From contig CM075987.1 in assembly GCA_038087875.1 (NCBI GenBank), positions 21,328,001-21,392,000 on the forward strand: a DNA stretch of 64,000 nt, read 5' to 3'. Origin of the DNA: Malacoraja senta (lineage: Eukaryota). The notes beneath the pieces are model-generated. The model saw only the letters and a program-made list of their open reading frames with translations. It ran no database searches and had not been told where the DNA came from. How positions within the stretch are numbered: position 1 is the first letter of the stretch; the number at the start of each line of letters is the position of its first letter. Positions 53,361 through 64,000 of the stretch are shown piece by piece. The translations under genes were made by a program, and so were the position numbers.

Positions 53361-54994
53361 CATTGATCACCCAATCACACTAATTGTATGTGATCCCCAT
53401 TTTCTCATCTACTCGCAAAGACACCAGGGTCAATTTCCAAAGGCTGATTAGCCGACTAACATGCAAGTCTTTGGGAGGAAATCGGAGTAGTCAGAAGAAA
53501 CCCACCTGGTCAAAGGGAGAACATGCAAACTCCACACAGACAGCACCCAGGGTCTCTGGTGCTGTGCGGCATCGGCTCTACCAGCAGCGATACTGTGCCA
53601 TGAGGAAGTAATTTGAAGGCGTACTCTATGAGCCTGGACACAATTTAATACACATTATCTGTTAGAGATTGAGGAAGCTCAGTATTATGTAAAGCAGATG
53701 GAAATACTTGGAATATAGCAGATTCTTCAATGATTTGGAATGGAATGGAATACTTTATCACATGTGACAAGGCACAGTGAGATTCTTTGCTTGCATACCC
53801 AAGGTATGCAAATAGTCACTGCATACTGCGCTGACAAAGTTACAAAGTACCCCTGTCGGCTCTCCCCTCATGCTGTGTTAATTTCAGACCTGCACATAAA
53901 CCCAATTGATAGATCCAGGTCTTAACCTTTTCAAATAAGATAAATTTGTTGTTAGTTGATACTAACTTTAAAAGAGAATAACAAAAATCATAGACAAGGC
54001 TGATAGAAATATTTAAATTTTCACTGAGATCGCCATTTTCCACTCCGATCCCCTTTTCGTATACTTGTCCTGCAACTTATTCATTCTCAGCCAGACCCAT
54101 CAAGCCTTTCAGGAAGAAAGGAACTGCAGTGCTGGAATAACTCAGTGTGTCAGGCAGCATCTGTGGAGGGGATAGGCATTTTCTCAGACTCTCTTTTGAG
54201 TCCTTTATTTCACTAATCCACACTAGCAGTATCTTACAATAGTCAATTAACCTACCAATACGTCGTTGGGATTTGGGAGGAAGCCCACACTGTAAAGCGG
54301 AGAATGTTTTAACTCTTCATCGACAGCACTCATGGTCAGGATCAAATGGAGCTGTGGTGGTGGAGCATTCAATGCTGCGCCACTGTGCCACACAGGTAAT
54401 TGTTTATTGGCACTCCTACAATTCTGTATACGTACCTTATCGGGCAAATTCAAATGAATAAATGTAACCCTGTGCAAAAAGGGTATAAACATAAAAGTCC
54501 AAATTGGCCAGTAAATAAAAGTTAAGTGAAAGATTACTTTATGTTATTGGCTTTGTACTCTAGTCTCTCCAAACCCACCAGCTGTGAAATGCCTTCAAGT
54601 ATGCTAGAATGCATTTCATGAGTACACCAGGCATATTTGCAGGCGAGGGAGACTGTCAACGGGACCTGTTGGTGATCATTGGCCATTTCCAATGAAGACT
54701 ATTTGGAATCAGGGACTGCAAATGCAGGAATCCAGAGCAAAAAAAAGACAACTGCTGGAAGATGGGCAGGGCAGGCAGCATCTATGCAAGGAAATGGACA
54801 GTCAATGTTTTGGGTTGACACACTTTCTCTGAACTGAAAGAATATGGGGTGGTAATAGCCAATATAAAGGGAAGGGAAGAGCTAACAAGCAAAGGTGGAT
54901 ACAAATGAGGAGGGGTTGATTAGTTGATAAGAGTCAGGTGGGAGAAGAGAAGGGTGGAAAGAGCCACAGAGGCTGGGAGGTAATAAGTGGATAA

Positions 54995-55137
54995 GTGGGG
55001 TGGAAGATTGCAACCTTCACGTGGTTCGCCCTGTTTCGACGAATGCAACCAACCCGGCGTGCACAATCAAATAAGATCAAATAGAACAAGTTGTTCTACA
55101 ACTTTAGGCTGTGCACGCCATACGCAAGAAGAAGAAG
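54995..55137 (+). mobile_element. Short retroposon 3' end with (GAA)n tail, RTE-like
   Basis: Ends GTGCACGCCATACGC-AAGAAGAAGAAG; flanked by AAGTGGA direct repeats. Confidence 0.45.
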
Positions 55138-55364
55138 TGGACAAGTGTAGTGGGATCTGGGCCAAATACAGGCAAATGGGACTAGCTCAGATGGGGCATC
55201 TTTGTCGCCAGGAACTAGATGGGCCGAAGGGCATGTTTCCATACTATATTACTCTATATACAGATCACTGTCCTATTTAGAACAATTTGGAGTACTTCCT
55301 TGCATTAATATTGTGTCTCTTTCACATCAGTTAAGGATTCCGTGCTCATTTTATACTCTTTATG

Positions 55365-57104
55365 TAGGTATGTTACAAAACTTACCTTCAGCGGCGCTGC
55401 AGTTCTGCCACTGGCCGTGCGCGCGACTTTGAGAGGGGGGCGGGTTTAAAATGCCGTTTTCTCCAGCCTGTTGAAGTCAATCTTTGTCAGGCTGTTTAGC
55501 TGCTGAAGAATAATCGATCCGACTTGCGTTTTATCAAGTTTTTTAAAAACTTCGCTGGATAATTTAATTGCTGGAGTAAATTAAAAATCGACTTCTAAAG
55601 CCGTCAACGCCGACAACGGGACGGATCTCACGTACGGGACAAAGCAAGGTAAGCCGTTTATTTTTACATATAAACGTGCTTCTTAGGATGCCTTTAATCA
55701 AAATTTAACGTTGCGAAAAGGTGATTTAGGCCCCATACGAACCGGCAGTGTTTTTCCTGCCGATATGGGGTTTAAATTCACCACAAATGCAACGTTACAA
55801 ACGATCGTGTTCCACAAAATCCCACTCGCAAGATGATTTAAATGGCCATTAATTTAGGGAATTTAGGCCATTAAATTCCTTCCATTTGGCCTATAAATTC
55901 ATGACAATGAGATTTAAAAATCATGTTATATTGTGAATTCTTGTGTGAATGTTATTTGGACACTTAGGCTATTTAAAAATGTTAACCTTATCTTAAGAAA
56001 TGGATAGATATTTAAATCTAGTAATTGAATTGTGTAATTAGCTACAATTAGGTAACTAACTAATTATATGCTTTAATTTCAGGTCATCCAAGTAAGATTG
56101 TTTCATATTTGGTTCAGAATGCTTCAATCTATAATAACTGAAAATTTCATTCAGTTCTCTTAATTTTTAAGAAAGTTATCGGCTTTTGACTGTCCTCGAT
56201 CACAGCTTTTAAGTTAAGTCAATGGAAAAGCAATAGGGAACAAGATGCTAATTTCAGAGTATGAAAATGACCATAACTTTTTTAATACTGAAGATATTGT
56301 GAATTAGGCGTCAAATTAAACTTATTTTTATGCTTTATTATGGAAGTCATAAAACACTTAATTAAAACATTTATCATAGCCAGCAGATGTTGTAAGCTAT
56401 TGTATGTAATCAGACATCCTTAGACTCACGTGCTTGTTAGTAATCAGACATCCTTAGACTCGCGTGCTTGTTAGTTAGTTAGCAGCACTTAATTAAATCA
56501 TTTATCTAGTAATAAAGGCACTAAACAAGTTACTTCTTATTTTTACTTTTGCACCTTTGTATTCTTAATAAATACATTTTGTATCTTTGTGTGTAAACAT
56601 ATAAACCAATATGTAACAGTGTAATATGGTATGTGTAACCTTGGCTTTAAATTGGCTTTAGCTGAAACATAATGGTGGCAGGACAGGACGGTAGAAGTTA
56701 ATTTTAAGGGTGGCGAGTGAAGGGCGAGATATAAGAGGAAATGTAAAGTTTAATAAGATTGAACCAAGGTCGGAAACATAATGGTGGCAAGACAGAGAAT
56801 ATTAGAATTGAAGATAGATTGATGCGAAAGGAGTACAGCATGCAAGATAATGAAGCAGAGATAAGGCTGAAAGAGTGTAATAAAAAGCTGCTTGTGTCTG
56901 TGGATCAGAGAGCAATTAGAGAACGGGCAGGTGGTGTCGTCTCTGAATGTTCCAGCTGAATATTTGCAAATAAAGGCTTTCGTCTTCTTGAAGAATTCTC
57001 CGTGTCTGTGTCATCCTATCCAAACTTTGAGTCTTAAAACCACGACATTATCTGATGGGATAAATTGCAGACTTGATTATTAAAATCTCAAAATTTTGTA
57101 ACAT
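55365..57104. mobile_element. Non-autonomous DNA transposon, superfamily unassigned, interrupted by a solo LTR
   Basis: Termini TAGGTATGTTACAAAA ... TTTTGTAACAT; body is homologous, inverted, to 60111-61600. Confidence 0.7.
56339..57047 (+). mobile_element. Probable solo LTR (4-bp TSD, Gypsy-like)
   Basis: Splits the host sequence tatgctttat|ctgatggg; TTAT duplicated at 56335-56338 and 57048-57051; ends CCACGACA with AATAAA about 80 nt before the end; internal 34-bp tandem duplication. Confidence 0.65.
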
Positions 57105-57294
57105 TGCCACTAGATGGGCCAAAAGGCCTGTTTCCATACTATATGACTATATACAGATCACTGTCCTATTTGGAGTGCTTCCTTGCATTAATATTGTGTC
57201 TCTTTCACATCAGTTAAGGACTCCGTGCTCATTTTATACTCTTTATGAGCCACACACAAAGATAAAATAACCTCTCCTTCCATCCATGCAAAGC

Positions 57295-57439
57295 CTGCCC
57301 TGCCTGGTCTCCATGGCGACACGTGGGCGGGCCATAACCCGGAACTGGAAATGGCTGTGGGACGATTTTTTTAATTGTTGGTCGGGGGATAAGACGGTTT
57401 TAGGTTGTTTGACCGAAAAGTTACCTCGGGCGGGATATC
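57295..57439 (+). promoter_or_regulatory. GLE1 CpG promoter/5' UTR
   Basis: CpG-rich. X-box-like GTCTCCATGGCGAC (57307-57320), E-box CACGTG (57320-57325), GC box GGGCGGG, ETS-like AACCCGGAA and YY1-like AAATGGC directly upstream of the GLE1 ATG. Confidence 0.7.
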
Positions 57440-60018
57440 ATGCCCGCCGAGGATAAACGCTGGGAGACTTTGCAGGCGTTGCGCAACTCGAAGAAAGGGC
57501 GGCTGACCTACGACACGAGCTGGCTGGAGGACGGGGAGGTGAGTCCGCCCAGCATCTGTCTCCCGCCTGGGCCCCAACATCAGCCCCTCCAAGCCTAATA
57601 CAATAATTTTTATTTTTTGTGATAGACCAGTATCTGGAGGCCTGACTTTCCCCAAGAAAGAGGGTCTCAACTAGAAAAGTAGAAACTGTTCACTCCTTCC
57701 CCGGATGCTTCCTGACCCACTGAGGCTCTTCTATATTTTGTGTTTTGCTCAGGAGAGGTTTAGTGTTTAGGTTTATGATTGTCACATGAACCAAGGTGAA
57801 GAGGAAAGCATGTTAGACAGTCAAATCATATATTATACACAAATACAATCAAGCCAAACTCGTGCAATAGGTAGAGCAAAGAAAAAGATTCGGGGTGCAG
57901 AATAGAGTTCTCTGCGTTATAAGGTGACAATATATTATTAGAACAACTAGAAATGAAGCTATATTTATAAATAGAATAGAGATTTAAAGTAGTAGGGTGA
58001 TTGCATCAGAGGCCAGCAGATCTTCCTCTGGGACCATCATTGCAAAGAACCGCCATACTGCGGTGCCAGATTCCAGCATCTACACTTTCTTGTGTCTTCT
58101 AAATTCTGCTTACTTGGTATTACAGTTATTGATTTAGTGCATTAGTGATTTTTTAGTATCTGTGTGTTTGTAAGCCTGTTAAGCTGTCCCAAGTAAGAAT
58201 TTCATTATTTTGTTGTTGGTACATGTTAATAATTAAACACTCTTGATTTCACTCTTGACTTGTTTCCTCCCACCCCACACACCCCAAACATAGATTTTTT
58301 GTTTAAAGATGCAGCATGGAAACAGGCCCTTAGGCTTGCCGAGTCCATGCTGACCTTTGATCACCTGTTCACACTAGTTCTATGTTGTCCCACTTTCTCA
58401 TCCACTCTCTACACATTAGTGGCAATTTTAGAGGCCAATGTGGTCTTTGGGATGTGGGAGGAAACCAGAGAAAACCCATGCAGTCACAGCCAGAACATGC
58501 AAACTTGAAACACAGACCAGCCAAGGTCAGGATTGGACGTGCGACACTGCCGTTGTGAGGCAGCATCTCTATCAGCTGCGCCACTGTGCCGAATTTCTTT
58601 TTTTTTCATCCCAATTTCCCTTCAGTTGAATGTAAAAAAAATAAAAATTTGCAGATGTTAACAATTTGATGTCAAAGTAGAAATCCCTGGAAGTACTCGG
58701 CAGATCAGGCAGCATATGTGGAAAGAGAAACTGGGTAATGTTTTAGTTTGGAGACCCTTATTCGGTCTTTGACCAGATGCGTTAACTCTTTCTCCTAACA
58801 CAGATGTTTCCTGATCTGCTGAGTGTTTCCAGCATTTTCTCTTTCCTAGCCTACTTTTGGTGGATTGCGTGTTCCCTTCTGAGCTTCTGTGTTAGATTAC
58901 CCAAAAGCCTCTTTCCTTCCCCCCCCCCCCCCACCCCCCTTTTTTGATTCTGAGGTTTTGGGGAGAAGGCAGGAGAATGGGGTTAGGAGGGAGAGATAGA
59001 TCAGCTATGATTGAATGGCAGAGTAGACTTGATGGGCCGAATGGGCTAATTCTACTCCTATCACTTATGACCTTTGGAATTCCTTGTCTGGACTGAACAG
59101 CCCTCTTTTGGGATGCCTTGTTCTTTTTTTCAAACATATCTGTTGTGGTCAAATGTTATTCTCTTTAATCAGCATAACAACTTCAACGCATCTGATGCCA
59201 TTAATATTTTCCATTCCTGTTATTGAAATCAACAACAGGAAATTGCTTCAGTATTCTTGAAACACAGTTCATACAAAGTTTTGATACCTCGATCTGGTTC
59301 TACACTGCTCCCCACTCGCACATCCCCCCCCCCCCTATCCTTGTGAACCTACTTTGAAGAGGATCTTTGATAATTCAATATATGCACACGGTTTGAATGT
59401 GTCTGTACTGTACTTCACGAACTCTGAAATATCTCCACTTATATCACTCGGGCATTGGCTTGTAGAAATACAGGTAGTAGTTACAGGATGAGTGGGTGAA
59501 AATTTAAAACTCGGGTGCTCTGAATGCACAGGGAATGATGGATCCCTGGGATTTTCTGGTTGTGGAGACCAGATCACAGGGTAAAGATTAAAACGTGTAT
59601 TTCTTCTTGTTGCTATAATCCTAATAAAATGTGCACCGTGTTATAGACTTGAGGAGAAAGCGAATATGTTTTTGAGATAGAGCTGGGCAGGTTTAAAAAT
59701 TGAATGTTCTGCAGGTCATTGTGCATTTCGATAAAAAAGTCTTTCTTGGATCAAGTTATTTCACAGCTCTTAAATTTTATGTCATGCAAAGCCCTATTTT
59801 TTTTCTAGGATATTTTGGAACAATGTCAATCATCACCCAAGCTTTCTGTAACCTCAGCATGGGTACTGGACCACTTGTCACGACCCGAAACTCAGTCCAA
59901 CGCCACAGAGAATTTGACACCTCTGGTCAAGTGTCTTGCTGGAAACGACCAATTACCAGAGAAGTCTGTTCCTTCTCCAGATCCAAGAACCGAAGAGGAA
60001 AATAATAACAATGTGCAG
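57440..60018 (+). CDS. GLE1: mRNA export factor GLE1, coding exons 1-2; gene continues beyond the window
   Basis: Exon 1 57440-57538 [33 protein letters not shown]|gtgagt; exon 2 59809-60018 [23 protein letters not shown]...NVQ|gttagt. Matches the recalled human N-terminus [22 protein letters not shown]...[22 protein letters not shown]. ODF2-GLE1 adjacency is conserved in human. Confidence 0.93.
58308..58590 (-). mobile_element. HE1-like V-SINE in GLE1 intron 1
   Basis: Same SINE body as the other copies. Confidence 0.8.
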
Positions 60019-60110
60019 GTTAGTTCTCATTCATTAGTGTTCATTTTTTTCTGTAAATACAGAATAATAGATATTGTTGATCACTGACTTTGTTTAACTG
60101 AAACACTAAC

Positions 60111-61700
60111 TAGGGATGTTACAAAATTTTGAGATGTTAAAAATCAAGCCTGTAATTTATCCCATCAGATAAAGCATAAAAAGAACTTTAATTTGATACC
60201 GAATTCACTTTCATATCTTCAGTATTAAAAAAAGTTATGGTAATTTTCATACTCAGATATTAGCATCTTGTTCCCTAATGCTTTTCCATTAACTTAACAC
60301 AAAAGCTGTGATCGAGGACCGTCAAAAACCCATAACTTTCTTAAAAATTAAGAGAACTGAATGAAATTTTCAGTTATTATAGATTGAAGCATTCTGAAAC
60401 AAATATGATACATCTTACTTGGATGACCTGAAATTAAAGTATATAATTAGTTAATTACATAATTAAATAACTAATTATAAAATTAACTGTTGTGACAGAA
60501 ATAGTAATAAAAATTCAAAAATGTGATATTCTCAAGATCCGAACTTTAATATTAGTATTATTAGTATTATATGCTGTAAGTCCGTAACAGACTGGTAAAG
60601 AAATTTCAATTTCTAGCTAAAGACCAAGTCTTCATGGGGAAGATCAGCTACTAGCTGGTACATTGGCATATCATAATCAGTAGCATCATAATAATCCTCA
60701 GACTGCAATCAATAAACAACTCTGTACACCTTGTTTTTCCTCAACTTTTTAATTTTGGCATTGTGAACTACATGTTTTTGCTCTTCAAACCACGCATGAC
60801 ATGCTTTTCTGCCCACTACTTTCCCATTCAGACTGACTTTTTCCAAACGAGGTATACAAGTACAAGATGTGTCCATTTTTAAGATCCCTCTTAGACTCGG
60901 GCATGACAGAGAAATTCACTTCAAGGTGAGCTTTAGCTATGCCAGGCTGGGCATTTGGATTGACAATTTTGCATTTCTTCTTCGGAGACATCTGAAAAAT
61001 GTAAAGAAAAAAAACACTGAACAGCATTAAGTAGAAACAAGTTTTTATTTGCAGTTTTAGAAAAAAAAAGTTGAAATGATTTTGTTCAACAAAATGCCTA
61101 AAGGGCCTGTCCCACTTTCACGACCTAATTCACGATCTCTGCCGGGTTTGCCCTTGACTCATACTCGCAGCATGGTCGTCACGAGGTCGTAGGTAGGTCG
61201 TAGCAGGCCGTGATGCTAATCGTAGGTACTCGTGACATCAAGCAGGTCGGGGCGTTTTTCGAGCATGATGAAAAATGTCCACGAGTAAAAAAGGTTGTGG
61301 ATTAGGTCGTGAAAGTGGGACAGGCCCTTAACACAAGTTAAATGTTAAAACAAATAGTAAATACCCAACAAAAAATTCATATTCATCAGTGTCATCAATG
61401 CAATTAAATTAATCTAAATTCAATTACTAGATCTAAACATCTATCCCATTCTTAAGAAAAAGCTAAAAATAACATTTTAAATAGCCAAAGTATCCAAATA
61501 ACAAACTGATCCCATTCACGCAAGAATTCACAATATAATAAGATTTTTAAATCTCACTTTGTCATGAATTTCTTTGCCAAATCGAAGGAATTAACTGTTT
61601 AATTCCCATAAATTTTACTCTGTTGGTTTATAACACTGCAGCAGGCAAGGGCCGTTTTACACAGACATGTGTTCAAAATTCACAAACATCCACTCTCAAG
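60111..61700. mobile_element. Second, longer copy of the DNA transposon at 55365-57104, inverted
   Basis: Begins TAGGGATGTTACAAAA. 60111-60470 and 61400-61600 are reverse-complement matches to the upstream copy. The right boundary is approximate. Confidence 0.65.
61102..61328. mobile_element. PIF/Harbinger-type MITE
   Basis: 28-bp TIR AGGGCCTGTCCCACTTTCACGACCTAAT; TAA TSD at 61099-61101 and 61329-61331. Confidence 0.88.
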
Positions 61701-61774
61701 ATAATCATTTTTTGCACAATGTCATAAGAACATCTAAATTATCTATATTTTGTGTTATTGTCTATCCATGATCA

Positions 61775-61846
61775 ATATTTTCATACTAAATATCTGACTA
61801 AAAACTATGGTGGAAGTTTTTAGTCAGATATTTAGTATGAAAATAT
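61775..61846. repeat. Perfect 32-bp inverted repeat with 8-nt loop
   Basis: 61775-61806 is the exact reverse complement of 61815-61846. Confidence 0.95.
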
Positions 61847-61855
61847 ATATATATA

Positions 61856-64000
61856 TTTTTTAAATATTTTTATTTTATTAGAAGTACAATTGTATACAAT
61901 CATATTTTCATAATACATTTTATGTACAGCTTCTTATTTTTTTAAATTTTTATAATAAAGAAGAAAAAGAAAAAGAAGTTAGATAATGAAAAATAGAAAA
62001 ATGTGAGATATATAGTGTGTGGAAAAGAAAAATAGAGAGTGAAAGAAGAAAGTTAAAGAATAGAAAATAGGAAAAAGAGAATAAAAGAAGAAAAGGGAAG
62101 AAAAAGAAAAAAGAAGTAAGGAGATCTTATTTATAATCTTGACCATCCCTCGCCCAGTCACGAGTTAGCTTTTACAATTGTGTTGCACCATATGATTCCA
62201 AAAAGACGACAAATGGAGACCAACTCGTTGTGAATTGGTCAAATTTATCTATTAGGAGGAATCGCATTTCCTCAAGATGTGCGGTGTCCAACATACTTCC
62301 AATCCACATTTTGAGCGTTGGTATTGGTGTATTTTTCCAAAATTTCAATATTAATTTTTTTGCTATTATTAAACCATAATTAAAAAATAATTTTTGAGAT
62401 GGATTCAATTTATTCCCATCTTCCATTACCCCAAATATAATCAATTCATTATTAGGTTCCATTTTTATCTTAAATAATTTTGTGAATATTTTGAAAATAT
62501 CACTCCAAAATCTATAAAGTTTTATACAGGAAACAAACGAGTGTGTTATAGTTGCATCTTGGGTTAAACATTTATCGCAAGTGGGGGATATATTTGGGTA
62601 AAATTTATTTAATCTTGTTTTTGAGTAATATAATCTATGTAAAATTTTAAATTGAATTAGATTATGTCTTGCATTAATCGAACATTTGTGAATGTATGTC
62701 AAATACTTTTCCCATGTAACCTTCGTAATTTTTTCATTAATTCCCGTTCCCACTCTTCTCTAATTACCTCTGTCGCAGGTAAATCTATATTTAAAATACT
62801 ATTATATAAATATGATATTAATTTTTGTGTATCAGCTTTAATATTCATTACTACTTCCAATAAATCAGGAATTATTTTTTGATATCCTTGTATGTATGTC
62901 TTCAAGAAATTTCAAATCTGAAAATATTTAAAATAATGATTGTTTTTCAATTTAAATTTTAATTGTAATTGTTGAAATGATAGTAAATCTCCCATTTCAT
63001 ACATGTCCCCGATCCTTTTAATTCCTAAACTTTCCCATTGATTATATATTTTGTCCATAAGAGATGGTTTAAATAAAGGATTATTTGCTATCGGTGTTAA
63101 CAATGATAGGTTTCTTAATTTTAAGGATAATTTTATTTGTTTCCATATTCTTATTGTATCTTGTATAATTGGGTTCTTCTTATATATTGTATTGTTCATT
63201 TTTTTCGGGGAGAAGAGGATCGTTCCTATATTACAAGGGTAACAATCCTCTTTCTCCATTTTTATCCATTCTGTCTGTTGGGTTGAACTATCCAACCAAT
63301 AAATTATATTCTTAATATTTATTCGGGAGTGAAAGTCCCCCGACATCTTTTGGTTTACATAAGTGTTCTTTTTTAATTCTATGTGATTTATAGTCCCAAA
63401 CAAAATTAGTGATATTAGAGTTTAATTTAGAAAAAAAATATTTTGGTACATATACTGGTATAGACTGAAATAGGTATAATAACTGTGGTAGAAAGATCAT
63501 TTTTATAGCATTTATTCTACCTATTAATGATAAAGGAAGTGTTTTCTAAAATTTAATCATTATATTAAGTTTATTTATTAAAGGTATAAAATTGGCATTG
63601 AATAAAGCTTTGTTTTCTAGTAATCTGAATACCCAGATATTTAAATTTTTCTGTTGCTATTTTAAAGGGGAACTTCAGTAAGTGTGTGGATTCTTGAGGT
63701 TTTAACGTCATGATTTCGCTTTTGTTCCAATTTATTCTATATCCAGAAAAGGACCCAAATTCCTCTATTAAGTTTAATAAATTTGGTATGCTCGTTTCTG
63801 AGTTTGTTATATATAACAGAATATCGTCTGCATATAATGAAATTTTATTATTTGAATCCCTAGTATTATAACCCTGAATATTCGGATGACTTCTTATACT
63901 TTCAGCCAAAGGTTCTATCATAAGGGCAAATAGCAGGGGTGATAAAGCACATCCCTGCCTATTACCCCTTGATAATTGAAATTTTTGAGATAACATACTA
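61856..64000 (-). mobile_element. L1-clade LINE ORF2 3' part, frameshifted, antisense in GLE1 intron 2
   Basis: RGNRQGCALSPLLF, LYADDIL, SGYRINWNKS, KYLGI, GGLSLP, C-terminal CDKC...HSFVSC; A-rich tail near 61856-61880. Confidence 0.92.

Noticed and set aside
52634-53383. Overlapping proline/glycine-rich ORFs
   Set aside because: They lie within a TIR/TSD-bounded non-autonomous hAT element and have no transposase motifs.
57313-57402. Short ORF MATRGRAITRNWKW... upstream of GLE1
   Set aside because: Its ATG lies inside the X-box-like motif, probably upstream of transcription start; the true start at 57440 matches GLE1.
59335-59577. 80-aa antisense ORF in GLE1 intron 1
   Set aside because: No homology recognised, non-ATG start, no supporting splice structure.

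Overview
Eukaryotic, AT-rich vertebrate genomic DNA. The repeat content (HE1-type V-SINEs, CR1, L2, Rex1/Babar, Penelope-like elements) points to a cartilaginous fish, probably a skate or ray; this is inferred from repeat families only. Four protein-coding genes lie in tandem on the + strand: (1) the last coding exon and 3' UTR of PTGES2; (2) a complete ODF2/cenexin gene (CpG promoter near 4.7-5.0 kb, 19 coding exons 10306-33629, 815 aa); (3) a secreted lipocalin gene that the ORF track misses, which I assembled by hand from 6-7 small exons (44497-51962, about 179 aa); (4) the promoter and first two coding exons of GLE1. The lipocalin has an orosomucoid/ApoM-like cysteine pattern, a natural HHHHH run and an unpaired Cys, and is the most novel-looking item. 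Introns and intergenic DNA are packed with retroelements. These include many Penelope-like terminal fragments carrying a minimal hammerhead-ribozyme motif, several nested insertions, two perfect long palindromes, a partially duplicated ODF2 exon, and a ~150-bp duplication flanking a DNA transposon next to the GLE1 promoter. All gene models were read by eye from splice signals and remembered homologue sequences; no searches were run.
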